This document shows positions 8,632-17,346 of a stretch of DNA of 32,813 nucleotides, in pieces; position 1 is the stretch's first letter; each line of letters opens with the position of its first letter. The DNA lies in assembly GCA_040879625.1 (NCBI GenBank), contig JBBDJZ010000020.1, positions 1 through 32,813 of the forward strand, written 5' to 3'. The notes under the pieces are model-generated. The model saw only the letters and a program-made list of their open reading frames with translations, made no database searches and was not told where the DNA came from. A program made the position numbers and the translations under genes. This DNA is from Minisyncoccota bacterium (GTDB lineage Bacteria > Patescibacteriota > Minisyncoccia > Phycocordibacterales > JAXHMZ01).

Positions 8632-11600
8632 TTATTCTTCTTTTTCTTTGTGATCCCTAAACACTGATACTGCTTCCTGTTTTGGAGAACCCGGAAAACC
8701 CGTACCGGCTGGGATGAGTTTACCTATAATCACGTTCTCCATAAGGCCGGTCAGATGATCCTTACTTCCCCGTACCGCTGCGTTAATAAGGACTCGCGTG
8801 GTGTTTTGAAACGATGCAGCTGATAGGAAGCTGTCTCGAGTAAGCGATACTTCGGTTATTCCTAGAATCAACTGCTGGGCTTTCGCCTCTTCTCCTCCGC
8901 TTTCTCGAACAATACGATTTACTTCCCTAAAATCACTTACCTCAACAACATCACCAAGCGAAAGGTCGGTATCGCCTATTGATTTTATTTTAACTCGTGA
9001 AAACATCTGTCGTATGATTACCTCAATATGTTTTCGTGAAATTGAAGCAGCCTGCAGTTCATAAATTTCAGAAATTTCGTTTATAACGTAATCTTGAACT
9101 TTTTCTGCACCAGCATACTTATAATAATCCTGAAGATTAAGTGATCCATCGGTAAGAATATCACCTTTTTCCACCTTATCTCCTGCGTTCACAAGTATCG
9201 TTCTACGGAAGTAAATAGGGTACTCAGTCTCAGCTTTTTTTGTTGTTTTTTTCTTATCTTCAATCTCAGGAAGAATTCGAATCAACTTTTCTCTACCGGT
9301 ATCAATGACTTCAGAGATAACTCCAGAGACCTTTGCTATCGCAGCTGAGTTTTTAGGATTACGGCGTTCAAAAATTTCTTCCACACGCGGTAGACCAGAG
9401 GTAATGTCTCCACCAGCTGAAGCGGTACCACCCTTGTGGAATGTACGCATCGTAAGCTGAGTACCGGGTTCACCAATAGCTTGTGCAGCTACTGTTCCTA
9501 TCGCCTCACCAACCTCTACTATTTCATTCGTCCCAAGATCAAGACCATAACATTTTATACATACGCCTCTGCCTGTGTTGCAGGTCATTGGAGAACGTAC
9601 AATCACCTCGTGTATTCCCGCTTCTTCAATTTTCTTTGCTTCTTCAGGAGTAATAAGTTCATTTCTCTTATAGAGCGTATTCCCCTCTCTATCTTTAACA
9701 GCCTCAGCAAGGTAGCGACCCTTGATAAGTTTTGAAAGTGGCGTGTTGAGCGAATCAGCGTTCCCTCGAATGACAACACCTTTTTTGGTTTCACAATCAT
9801 CTTCCTTTATGACAGCGTCCTGCGCCACCACGAAGAGTCGGCGCGTAAGATAACCAGCCTTTGCCGTGTTAAGCGCCGTATCAGACATACCTTTTCGTGA
9901 ACCGTGTGTTGTAATGAAGTACTCAATTGGCGTTAGTCCCTCTTTTGCTGAAGAAAGGATAGGAAATTCCATTGTTTTACCACTCGTACCAGCAATGAGA
10001 CCCTTAAGTCCTACAATGTTAGTTATTTGCGAAATAGAACCTCGTGCACCTGAATACATCATGTCGTGAACAGAACCATGATTTGCAATTGAGGCAGGTA
10101 CGATTTTTTCCACAGCAGAACGAAGTCCGTACCAGACCTCTGTCACCTTACGGTGTCGCTCGTCTTCAGACAAAAGACCGTCGTTAAACTGAGCGTAGAT
10201 AGCGTTCGCCTTCTTTTGAGCCTCTTCAATAAGTACCGTTTTTCCTTCAGGTTCTTTAACATCGTCAAGTCCCCATGTCGTGCCCGACACTGTCGCGAAC
10301 TTAAACCCCAGCGCCTTAATTCGGTCAAGAATTTGGGGGACTTCACTAATTCCGTACCGTTCTATCATATCGTTCACGATTCGAGACATAATTTTCCTTT
10401 CTACGGAGTCATTGATGTACGGATAATTACTTGGCAATACACTGTTAAAAAGTAATCGCCCCACACTTGTTTCAAATGGCTTGCTTTCAAACTGTGTGTA
10501 TTTTTCTGAATCTGTGCCCAATACTGTTATTTTTGCTCTAAAATCGATAAGTCCATAATCGTGAGCATTAATTGCATCATTTGGGCTAGAAAAAATCTTT
10601 CCTTCACCTTTTGAACCTTCGATAATTTGAGTCATCCAAAAACAACCAAGAATAATATCCTTGTCCGCAGTTACGTGAGGCGCACCATCTCCTGGCTTAA
10701 GCAGGTTTTTATGAGAAGCCATAATTTCTCGCGCTTCAAATTGCGCTTCTTCTGAAAGAGGTAGGTGTACTGCCATCTGATCGCCATCGAAGTCCGCATT
10801 GAACGCTGAACAAACCATTGGGTGTACCTGAATTGCATTGCCTTCAATAAGAATTGGCATGAATGCCTGAACCCCAAGCCGGTGAAGCGTAGGTGCTCGG
10901 TTAAGCAACACATATTTATTTTTAATAACTTGTTCAAGAATTGCCCAGACCTCCTCAACACCATCATCAATAAGCCTTCCAGCTCCCCGAATATTGTACG
11001 CAAGTTCTCGTTTGAGGAGTTCGGATATAACAAACGGGCGAAAGAGTTCAAGAGCCATGTGTTTTGGTAATCCACACTGGTTAAGGGCAAGCGTTGGTCC
11101 AATAACAATGACTGAACGAGCAGAATAGTCTACTCGCTTCCCGAGAAGGTTTGAACGGAGAAGTCCCTGCTTACCCTTAAGGTTTGAAGAAAGGGACTTA
11201 AGTGGTCGCCGTTGTGCTTGGTTTAGGGCGGTATAGCCGGTACCGCGTCGAATAGTGTTATCAATGAGGGCGTCAACTGCTTCTTGCAAGATGCGTTTTT
11301 CATTTCGAAGAATGACGTCAGGTGCGTGTATCTCCATCAACTTCTTAAGTCGATTGTTTCGGTTTATAACCCTACGATACAAATCATTAATGTCACTTGT
11401 TGCGTGTCGCCCTCCGTCAAGCGCAACCATTGGACGCAACTGCGGGGGAATAACTGGAATGCGTGTCAAAAACATCCATTCAGGACGAACGCCAGCACGG
11501 CGCATGCCCTTTACGAGACTGAGACGTTTTTGTAGCTTCAACTTTGCTGCAACAGAGGCGTTTTCAAACTCTTCCTTAAGTCGAGTTTCAAGTTTTTCGA

Positions 11601-12297
11601 GATCAAGGTTTGAAAAAAGATCAAAGATTGCTTCAGCTCCAATTCTGGCTTCAAAAAGATTCCCGTATTTGACTGAGTAGGTGTGATAAAGCGCATCATC
11701 AAAGACGACTCCTTTTTGCAAAGATTCTACCTCTTTCTTTGTTTGACTAAAAACTTCTTTCAGTTTTTCTTTGGATTTCTCATCTTGCAGTGTCTTTAAT
11801 TTTGATTTGTACTCACTTTCTATGTCTCTGAGTATTTGCTTGCGCTCTGTTTCATCCACATCAGTAACGATGTGTCCCGCAAAATAAACCACCTTTTCAA
11901 GATCGCTTGTGGTGAGACCAAGAAGAAGTGCCATTCGCGAAGGAATACTTTTTAAGTACCATATATGAGAAACAGGCGTTGCAAGATCAATGTGTGCCAT
12001 GCGCTCTCGACGTACAATGCTCCTGGTAATTTCAACTCCACATTTTTCGCAAACAATTCCTTTATAACGTATTCCTCGGTACTTACCGCAGTAGCACTCA
12101 TAGTCTTTTTCAGGTCCAAAGACTTTCTCATCAAAAAGACCACCTCGTTCGCTCCGTTGTGTGCGGTAGTTGATTGTTTCTGGTTTCTGAACTTCTCCGT
12201 GTGACCATTCGAGTATACGTTCAGGTGACGCCATTTTTAAAATAATGGTGTCAAAATCTTCTGTCGATGTTGTTGGCTTAGGTTTTGTGTTATTCAT
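8632..12297 (-). CDS. rpoC: DNA-directed RNA polymerase subunit beta'
   Basis: Zn motif CYCGKY..C.KCGVE, catalytic NADFDGDQMAVH, trigger-loop and bridge regions are recognisable. Start placed at ATG 12297 (MNNTKPK, 13 nt after the rpoB stop). The alternative ATG 12330 would overlap rpoB by 20 nt. Confidence 0.93.
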   Translation of the reverse strand: MNNTKPKPTTSTEDFDTIILKMASPERILEWSHGEVQKPETINYRTQRSERGGLFDEKVFGPEKDYECYCGKYRGIRYKGIVCEKCGVEITRSIVRRERMAHIDLATPVSHIWYLKSIPSRMALLLGLTTSDLEKVVYFAGHIVTDVDETERKQILRDIESEYKSKLKTLQDEKSKEKLKEVFSQTKKEVESLQKGVVFDDALYHTYSVKYGNLFEARIGAEAIFDLFSNLDLEKLETRLKEEFENASVAAKLKLQKRLSLVKGMRRAGVRPEWMFLTRIPVIPPQLRPMVALDGGRHATSDINDLYRRVINRNNRLKKLMEIHAPDVILRNEKRILQEAVDALIDNTIRRGTGYTALNQAQRRPLKSLSSNLKGKQGLLRSNLLGKRVDYSARSVIVIGPTLALNQCGLPKHMALELFRPFVISELLKRELAYNIRGAGRLIDDGVEEVWAILEQVIKNKYVLLNRAPTLHRLGVQAFMPILIEGNAIQVHPMVCSAFNADFDGDQMAVHLPLSEEAQFEAREIMASHKNLLKPGDGAPHVTADKDIILGCFWMTQIIEGSKGEGKIFSSPNDAINAHDYGLIDFRAKITVLGTDSEKYTQFESKPFETSVGRLLFNSVLPSNYPYINDSVERKIMSRIVNDMIERYGISEVPQILDRIKALGFKFATVSGTTWGLDDVKEPEGKTVLIEEAQKKANAIYAQFNDGLLSEDERHRKVTEVWYGLRSAVEKIVPASIANHGSVHDMMYSGARGSISQITNIVGLKGLIAGTSGKTMEFPILSSAKEGLTPIEYFITTHGSRKGMSDTALNTAKAGYLTRRLFVVAQDAVIKEDDCETKKGVVIRGNADSLNTPLSKLIKGRYLAEAVKDREGNTLYKRNELITPEEAKKIEEAGIHEVIVRSPMTCNTGRGVCIKCYGLDLGTNEIVEVGEAIGTVAAQAIGEPGTQLTMRTFHKGGTASAGGDITSGLPRVEEIFERRNPKNSAAIAKVSGVISEVIDTGREKLIRILPEIEDKKKTTKKAETEYPIYFRRTILVNAGDKVEKGDILTDGSLNLQDYYKYAGAEKVQDYVINEISEIYELQAASISRKHIEVIIRQMFSRVKIKSIGDTDLSLGDVVEVSDFREVNRIVRESGGEEAKAQQLILGITEVSLTRDSFLSAASFQNTTRVLINAAVRGSKDHLTGLMENVIIGKLIPAGTGFPGSPKQEAVSVFRDHKEKEE

Positions 12298-12310
12298 TAT
12301 GTGTTCTTTA

Positions 12311-15300
12311 TTATGCCTTTTCTTCAACATCGTCCTTTACAAGATCGACGTCAAGCGCTAGTCCCCGAAGGTTGTTGAGTAATACGTTAAACGATGCAGG
12401 AATATTCGGGTGTTTAATCTTTTCTCCTTTAATAATGGAGTCAAACGCTGCGGATCGCCCCATAATGTCGTCAGACTTAATTGTAAGCATTTCTCGTAGT
12501 GCATACGCTGCGCCATAACCAAGAAGTGCCCAAACTTCCATCTCTCCAAATCGCTGTCCACCCTCCTGAGCCTTACCCCCAAGTGGCTGTTGAGTAATAA
12601 GAGAATAGGGACCAATTGATCTCATGTGAATCTTGTCCTCAACCATGTGGTGGAGCTTCAAGATATACATATATCCAACTGCTATATCTTTTTCGTACTT
12701 TTCACCCGTTCTTCCGTCATACAGTGCAACTTTTCCACTTTCAGGATAGCCTGCTTTTTTTAGCTCTTCTCGTATCTCGTCGTTTGTCGCACCAGCAAAC
12801 GCAGGTACAATTGCCTGGTAATTAAGTTTCTTTGCAGCAAGACCGAGGTGCATCTCAAGAATTTGACCGAGGTTCATACGACTAGGAACACCGAGCGGAG
12901 AAAGTATGATGTCAACCGGGGTTCCGTCTTCCATATACGGCATATCCTCTTCGGGTAGAACTCGGGAAATAACACCCTTGTTTCCGTGTCGTCCAGCAAG
13001 CTTGTCTCCAACAGAAATATTTCTAAGCTGTGCTGTTTCAATGTAGACTTTTTTAATTATTCCACTTTCAAGCGTGTCACCTCTTTCACGTGAAAATACT
13101 TTGACCCCTATAACTCGACCTTTCTTACCGTTTTCCATTCGTTTTGAAGAGTCTTTTACGTCACGTGCCTTTTCTCCAAAAATTGAGCGAAGAAGTCGTT
13201 CTTCAGGTGTTAGTTGAGCCTCTCCTTTTGGTGTAATTTTACCAACGAGAATATCTCCCGGGAGAACTTCTGCTCCGATTCGAACAATACCTTCTTCGTC
13301 TAGGTTCTTGAGTCTGTTTTCTCCTACGTTTGGTATATCGTGCGTAGTTACTTCAGGACCAAGCTTGGTATCACGAACTGATACTTCAAACTCATCCATG
13401 TGCACTGAAGTAAACGTACCCTCTTTAATCAGTCGTTCGTTAATGACGATAGCGTCTTCGTAGTTTTGACCAGACCACGACATAAAAGCAACCAGAATAT
13501 TTTGTCCAAGAGCAGCTTGCCCATTATCTGAACTCGAGGTATCCGCAAGAATGTCTTCTTTCTTAATCTTGTCTCCAATAGAAACGATAGGGCGTTGATG
13601 AAATGCGGTGAAGTTATTTGTGCGAGAAAATGAAATGAGTTCATAGACATCTTTCTTGCCCTTGCTATTTTTTATAATGATTTTTCGAGCATCGACAGCT
13701 TCAACGATTCCTGCCTCGCGAGCAATGAGAAGACGTCCGGTATCTCGCGCAACCTTTTCTTCGATTCCCGTTGCGACAAGCGGTGCTTCTGGACGAATCG
13801 TTGGGTTTGCTTGCTTCTGCATGTTAGAACCCATGAGAGCTCTGTTGGCATCATCGTGGTTAAGGAATGGAATCATCGAGGTTGCTGCTGAGTACGCTTG
13901 GTTGGTTGCAACATCCATATAGTCAACTTCTGATTTTGAAACCATTGCGGGCTTACTGTTATATCGCACCTCAACCGTATCTCCAGTTATTTTGCCGTTT
14001 TCATCGTAAGGTGTTCCTGCGTGTGCAATTCGGTATTTTTCCTCTTCAAGGGCGTTTAGATACTCAACTTCTCCCGTAAGTAAACCTTTTTCTACTTTTG
14101 CATAGGGTGTTTCAATCATGCCGAATTCATTAATCTTTGCATGAAGAGCTAGGCGAAGAATAAGGCCGATATTCGGACCTTCCGGTGTGTGGATTGGGCA
14201 CAGTCTTCCGTAGTGGGATGGGTGAACGTCTCGAACTTCAAATCCTGCACGTTCACGCGTGAGACCACCCGGTCCAAGAGCTGAGACCGTTCGTAGGTTT
14301 TCAAGCTCGGTGAGTACGTTCTCCTGTTGCATGAACTGAGAAAGTTGGTTCGTTGTATAAAATTCTTTGATTCGAGCCTGTAGTGGTCGAGCGGAAATAA
14401 AGTTAACCGGAAGCGTGGTGTCGGTATCTGAAGTACTCATGCGATCTTGAATATTTCGTTTCATTTGTGAAAGACCGACACGCATTTTTGCTTGAAGCAT
14501 TTCACCCACAAGTCGAACGCGCCTACTTCCAAGGTGGTCAATATCGTCGGGCTCAGAGCCCGGTGTTGTATTGAGGTGCGTTATGTGTGAAGCGATAGTG
14601 ATGACATCCTCGAGTGTTAAACTTCTGTTTTCAAGACTTTTCTTATCAAGTCCTTTTTCAAAACGCTTATTGAATCGGAATCGACCTACTCGGGAAAGAT
14701 CGTACCGTTCCTCAGAAAAAATTGAGTCGATGAATCCCTTTGCATTCTCAAAGTTTGCAAGGTCTCCATCTCGTAAACGCTTGTAGATTTCAATATACGA
14801 GTCCTCAGTCGTTTTTGCTGGATCGAGCTCGATAGTTTTTTCCATCATTGCTCGCGCATTCGGATCTCCCTTAAACAAATCGAGAATTTCCTTGTCGGTC
14901 TTGACACCCATAACTCTAAAAAGAGAGCTGGCTGGAAATTTGCGCTTGCGGTCAATACGTACATAGAGAGCTTCGTCAGCCTCAGCATCAAGTTCTATCC
15001 ACGCGCCTCGAGATGGTATAACCTTTGCACCAAAAAGACGACGGCCCTTAGCATCATTCATGGTAAAGAACATACCGAAGGACCGAGCGAGTTGGGGAAT
15101 AATAACGCGTTCAACTCCATTAATGATAAAAGTCCCGTGATTTGTCATCACAGGGAAATCTGCAAGAAATATTTCTTGCTCTTTCTCAATACCTAACTGC
15201 TTATTTATTAAGTGAACCCGAGCCTTCAGAGGAGCGTCGAGTGAAACCTTGTTTTCTTTAGCCCTATGTTCATCAACCTTTGGGCTTCCAAGTTCAAAGG

Positions 15301-15475
15301 AAGTAAATCGCAGTTCAAACTTCTTTTCAGAATAATCAGTTATCGGTGAAAACTCTTTAAAGAGCTCTTTCAAACCCTCCTCAATGAACCACATAAACGA
15401 TTCACTTTGTGCCTCTACAAGATTGGGGAGATCGGCTAATGGTTTTTTGTATCTCGAAAAGTATTTTTTTTCCAT
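12311..15475 (-). CDS. rpoB: DNA-directed RNA polymerase subunit beta (compact, 1054 aa)
   Basis: Full-length similarity to beta: [70 protein letters not shown]. Confidence 0.95.
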   Translation of the reverse strand: [1054 protein letters not shown]

Positions 15476-15493
15476 ATATATAACAGCAAAAAG

Positions 15494-15512
15494 AAAGACG
15501 GAACTCGTCTTT
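15494..15512 (-). terminator. Terminator-like hairpin inside the rpoB 5' leader (candidate attenuator)
   Basis: The minus strand reads AAAGACG-AGTTC-CGTCTTT followed by CTTTTTG. The hairpin ends 18 nt before the rpoB ATG, so it sits downstream of the promoter at 15619-15646. Confidence 0.4.
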
Positions 15513-15618
15513 TGAATTAAGATTAACCTGAGCTATCTACTTTTAGTTAAAAGCAAGATATGTGTGCTACTACTATAATAAAGTGCGTAAGCCGTTACTC
15601 AATCTTGCACGTAGCGAG

Positions 15619-15646
15619 AGTATACCAGATAGGACGTACCTGTCAA
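15619..15646 (-). promoter_or_regulatory. Sigma-70-type promoter of the rpoB-rpoC-dnaG-rpoD string
   Basis: The minus strand reads TTGACA (15641-15646), a 16-nt spacer, then TGG-TATACT (-10 at 15619-15624, with extended TG). It begins 8 nt after the trmD stop codon. The predicted leader is about 137 nt. Confidence 0.65.
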
Positions 15647-15653
15647 TCCAGAC

Positions 15654-16292
15654 CTACAGATGCTCACTTCTCCACGCTTCGATGTCTTTGTGGTTTCCTG
15701 ATAATAACACCTCAGGGACGCCGTACGTTTTCCTATTCCAACGCAGCACTTCAGGTCGAGTAAAAAACTCATCGGTAGAAACCCTTGACTCTTCAAGAGA
15801 CGCCTCATTACCGAGTACGCCAGGTACAAAACGTGCAACGGAATCAATTATCATAAGTGCGGGTAATTCACCACCCGTTACGACAAATGGGCCAATTGAA
15901 ATTTTTAGAGGGTTGAGTATATTTTCAACACGTTTATCAATACCTTCATAGTGTCCACAAATAAGAATCACATCAGTATATGAGTTTTGTATCATTTGTG
16001 CTTGGCCACTTGTCCACTGTTCGCCTCGTGGCGAGAGCAACACGGTTATTGTTTTTTTCTTTCTCCCCTTCGCTTTCTTATGTGCTCGTAGGATTGGCTC
16101 TGCCTGTAATACCATTCCTGGTCCTCCACCATAGGGTCGGGCGTCAATTTTTTTATGCTTGTTATCTGTGTAGTCGCGAAGATCATACATTTTGACGCTG
16201 ATGCGTCCAGTTTTAAGAGCTCGTTTCATCATTGACTCCTCAAGTACGGGCAAAATCATATGGGGAAACGCGGTGATAACATGAAATTTCAT
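15654..16292 (-). CDS. trmD: tRNA (guanine37-N1)-methyltransferase
   Basis: MKFHVITAFPHM, YGGGPGMVL, LICGHYEGIDKRV, ISIGPFVVTGGELPA and VPEVLLSGNHKDIEAWR are all typical TrmD motifs. The protein is short (212 aa) and ends 5 residues after the WR motif. Confidence 0.9.
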   Translation of the reverse strand: MKFHVITAFPHMILPVLEESMMKRALKTGRISVKMYDLRDYTDNKHKKIDARPYGGGPGMVLQAEPILRAHKKAKGRKKKTITVLLSPRGEQWTSGQAQMIQNSYTDVILICGHYEGIDKRVENILNPLKISIGPFVVTGGELPALMIIDSVARFVPGVLGNEASLEESRVSTDEFFTRPEVLRWNRKTYGVPEVLLSGNHKDIEAWRSEHL

Positions 16293-16332
16293 ATAATGAA
16301 GTAATTGTACTACGTTGGATTAAGTATAAAGT

Positions 16333-16359
16333 AAAAAACCGTATAAAACACGGCTTTTT
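16333..16359 (-). terminator. Weak terminator-like hairpin between the KH-protein gene and trmD
   Basis: The minus strand reads AAAAAG-CCGT-GTTTTAT-ACGG-TTTTTT. Only 4 strong base pairs plus A-U extensions, followed by a TATACT box (16323-16328). Confidence 0.3.
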
Positions 16360-16387
16360 ATGGTGGGCTCAATTACGTCAGACTGAG

Positions 16388-16705
16388 TTACAGAGACACT
16401 TCGTCCGTTGTGCTTCGAACGTTTTGTGCTCGAGCTCGTTCAGAACCCTCGGGCTCATTAATTTTTAGATTAACGCGAGCGTTGTTTTTTAGACCAACAA
16501 CACGCAGAAGGGTGCGTATTGCTCGAGCGGTATTTCCCTGTCGCCCAATTATCTTTCCCATATCATCAGGGTGCACCGAGAGAGAAAGGAGAACGCCCAT
16601 TTCATCAACTGTGCGACCAATCTGTACCGCTTCAGGATTATCTACGATTGAAGTTACAACGTACTGAAGAAATTGTTTATCACCGTCTTCCGGATTCTTT
16701 TCCAT
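16388..16705 (-). CDS. KH-domain RNA-binding protein (YlqC/UPF0109-like)
   Basis: FLQYVVTSIVDNPEAVQI and MGKIIGRQGNTARAIRTLLRVV (GxxG KH loop). The conserved position between rpsP and trmD supports the call. Confidence 0.85.
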   Translation of the reverse strand: MEKNPEDGDKQFLQYVVTSIVDNPEAVQIGRTVDEMGVLLSLSVHPDDMGKIIGRQGNTARAIRTLLRVVGLKNNARVNLKINEPEGSERARAQNVRSTTDEVSL

Positions 16706-16824
16706 GGTTTTCTATAAATAGTTTTTGTAATGAGCTAGGAGTATATCTACCTCGCTAGTACCTAAATTGTAACCCACTCGTTCAAACCAAACAATCATGT
16801 TGGCCTTCGTCCGCAAGAGAGTCC

Positions 16825-17232
16825 TTACGCCTCTACTTTTGCTTCAGCTTGACTCGGAGCCCGAGAGTCAGCCTCTGTCGCAGTCTCAACCGTTGGGGCT
16901 TCTGCCTTTTTTACCGAAGCAGGTGCTTCTGCCTTTTCCCCCTCACCTTCTTTGACAAGAGGACTTTTCTTTGGAAGTACGTTTACTTTCTTGCCCGTAA
17001 TAATACCGAGTTCCACAAGGAGATTATGAGCAGTATCTGAAGGTTTTGCACCAACACTAATCCAGTGATTAACGCGCTCACCGTTTATTGTTTTCTCATC
17101 AGTTCGAGCATTGTAGGAGCCTAGGTTCTCGATATAATCCCCACTTTTTGGACCGCGCTGACTTTCGAGCACCACTAATCTAAATGATGGGTCGTGCTTT
17201 CTTCCAACTCTTTTTAGTCTAATCTTTAACAT
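16825..17232 (-). CDS. rpsP: 30S ribosomal protein S16 with Ala/Glu/Lys-rich C-terminal extension
   Basis: MLKIRLKRVGRKHDPSFRLVV is the canonical S16 N-terminus, so ATG 17232 is preferred over the listed upstream ATG 17298. The C-terminal ~45 aa are low-complexity (GEGEKAEAPASVKKAEAP...). Confidence 0.9.
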   Translation of the reverse strand: MLKIRLKRVGRKHDPSFRLVVLESQRGPKSGDYIENLGSYNARTDEKTINGERVNHWISVGAKPSDTAHNLLVELGIITGKKVNVLPKKSPLVKEGEGEKAEAPASVKKAEAPTVETATEADSRAPSQAEAKVEA

Positions 17233-17239
17233 ACGCGCA

Positions 17240-17268
17240 ATCGTACCAAACGAGTCTCTGTTGGTCAA
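17240..17268 (-). promoter_or_regulatory. Candidate rpsP promoter positioned for a leaderless transcript
   Basis: The minus strand reads TTGACC (17263-17268), a 17-nt spacer ending in TGG, TACGAT (17240-17245), then TGCGCGT (7 nt) and the ATG. Confidence 0.5.
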
Positions 17269-17346
17269 TAGTAAGAAGTACGTGCATGGATGCGTCATAC
17301 TTGCTAAACTGTCTCAGTATAAACATCTACATAATGAGAAAAGCAT

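Noticed and set aside
15521-15540. tRNA-like D-arm string GTAGATAGCTCAGGTTAATC (minus strand) in the rpoB leader
   Set aside because: No complementary GAGC to close a D-stem, no GTTCRANYC T-loop, no acceptor-stem pairing, and too little room for about 72 nt before the rpoB ATG. Not a tRNA, and at most a coincidental resemblance.
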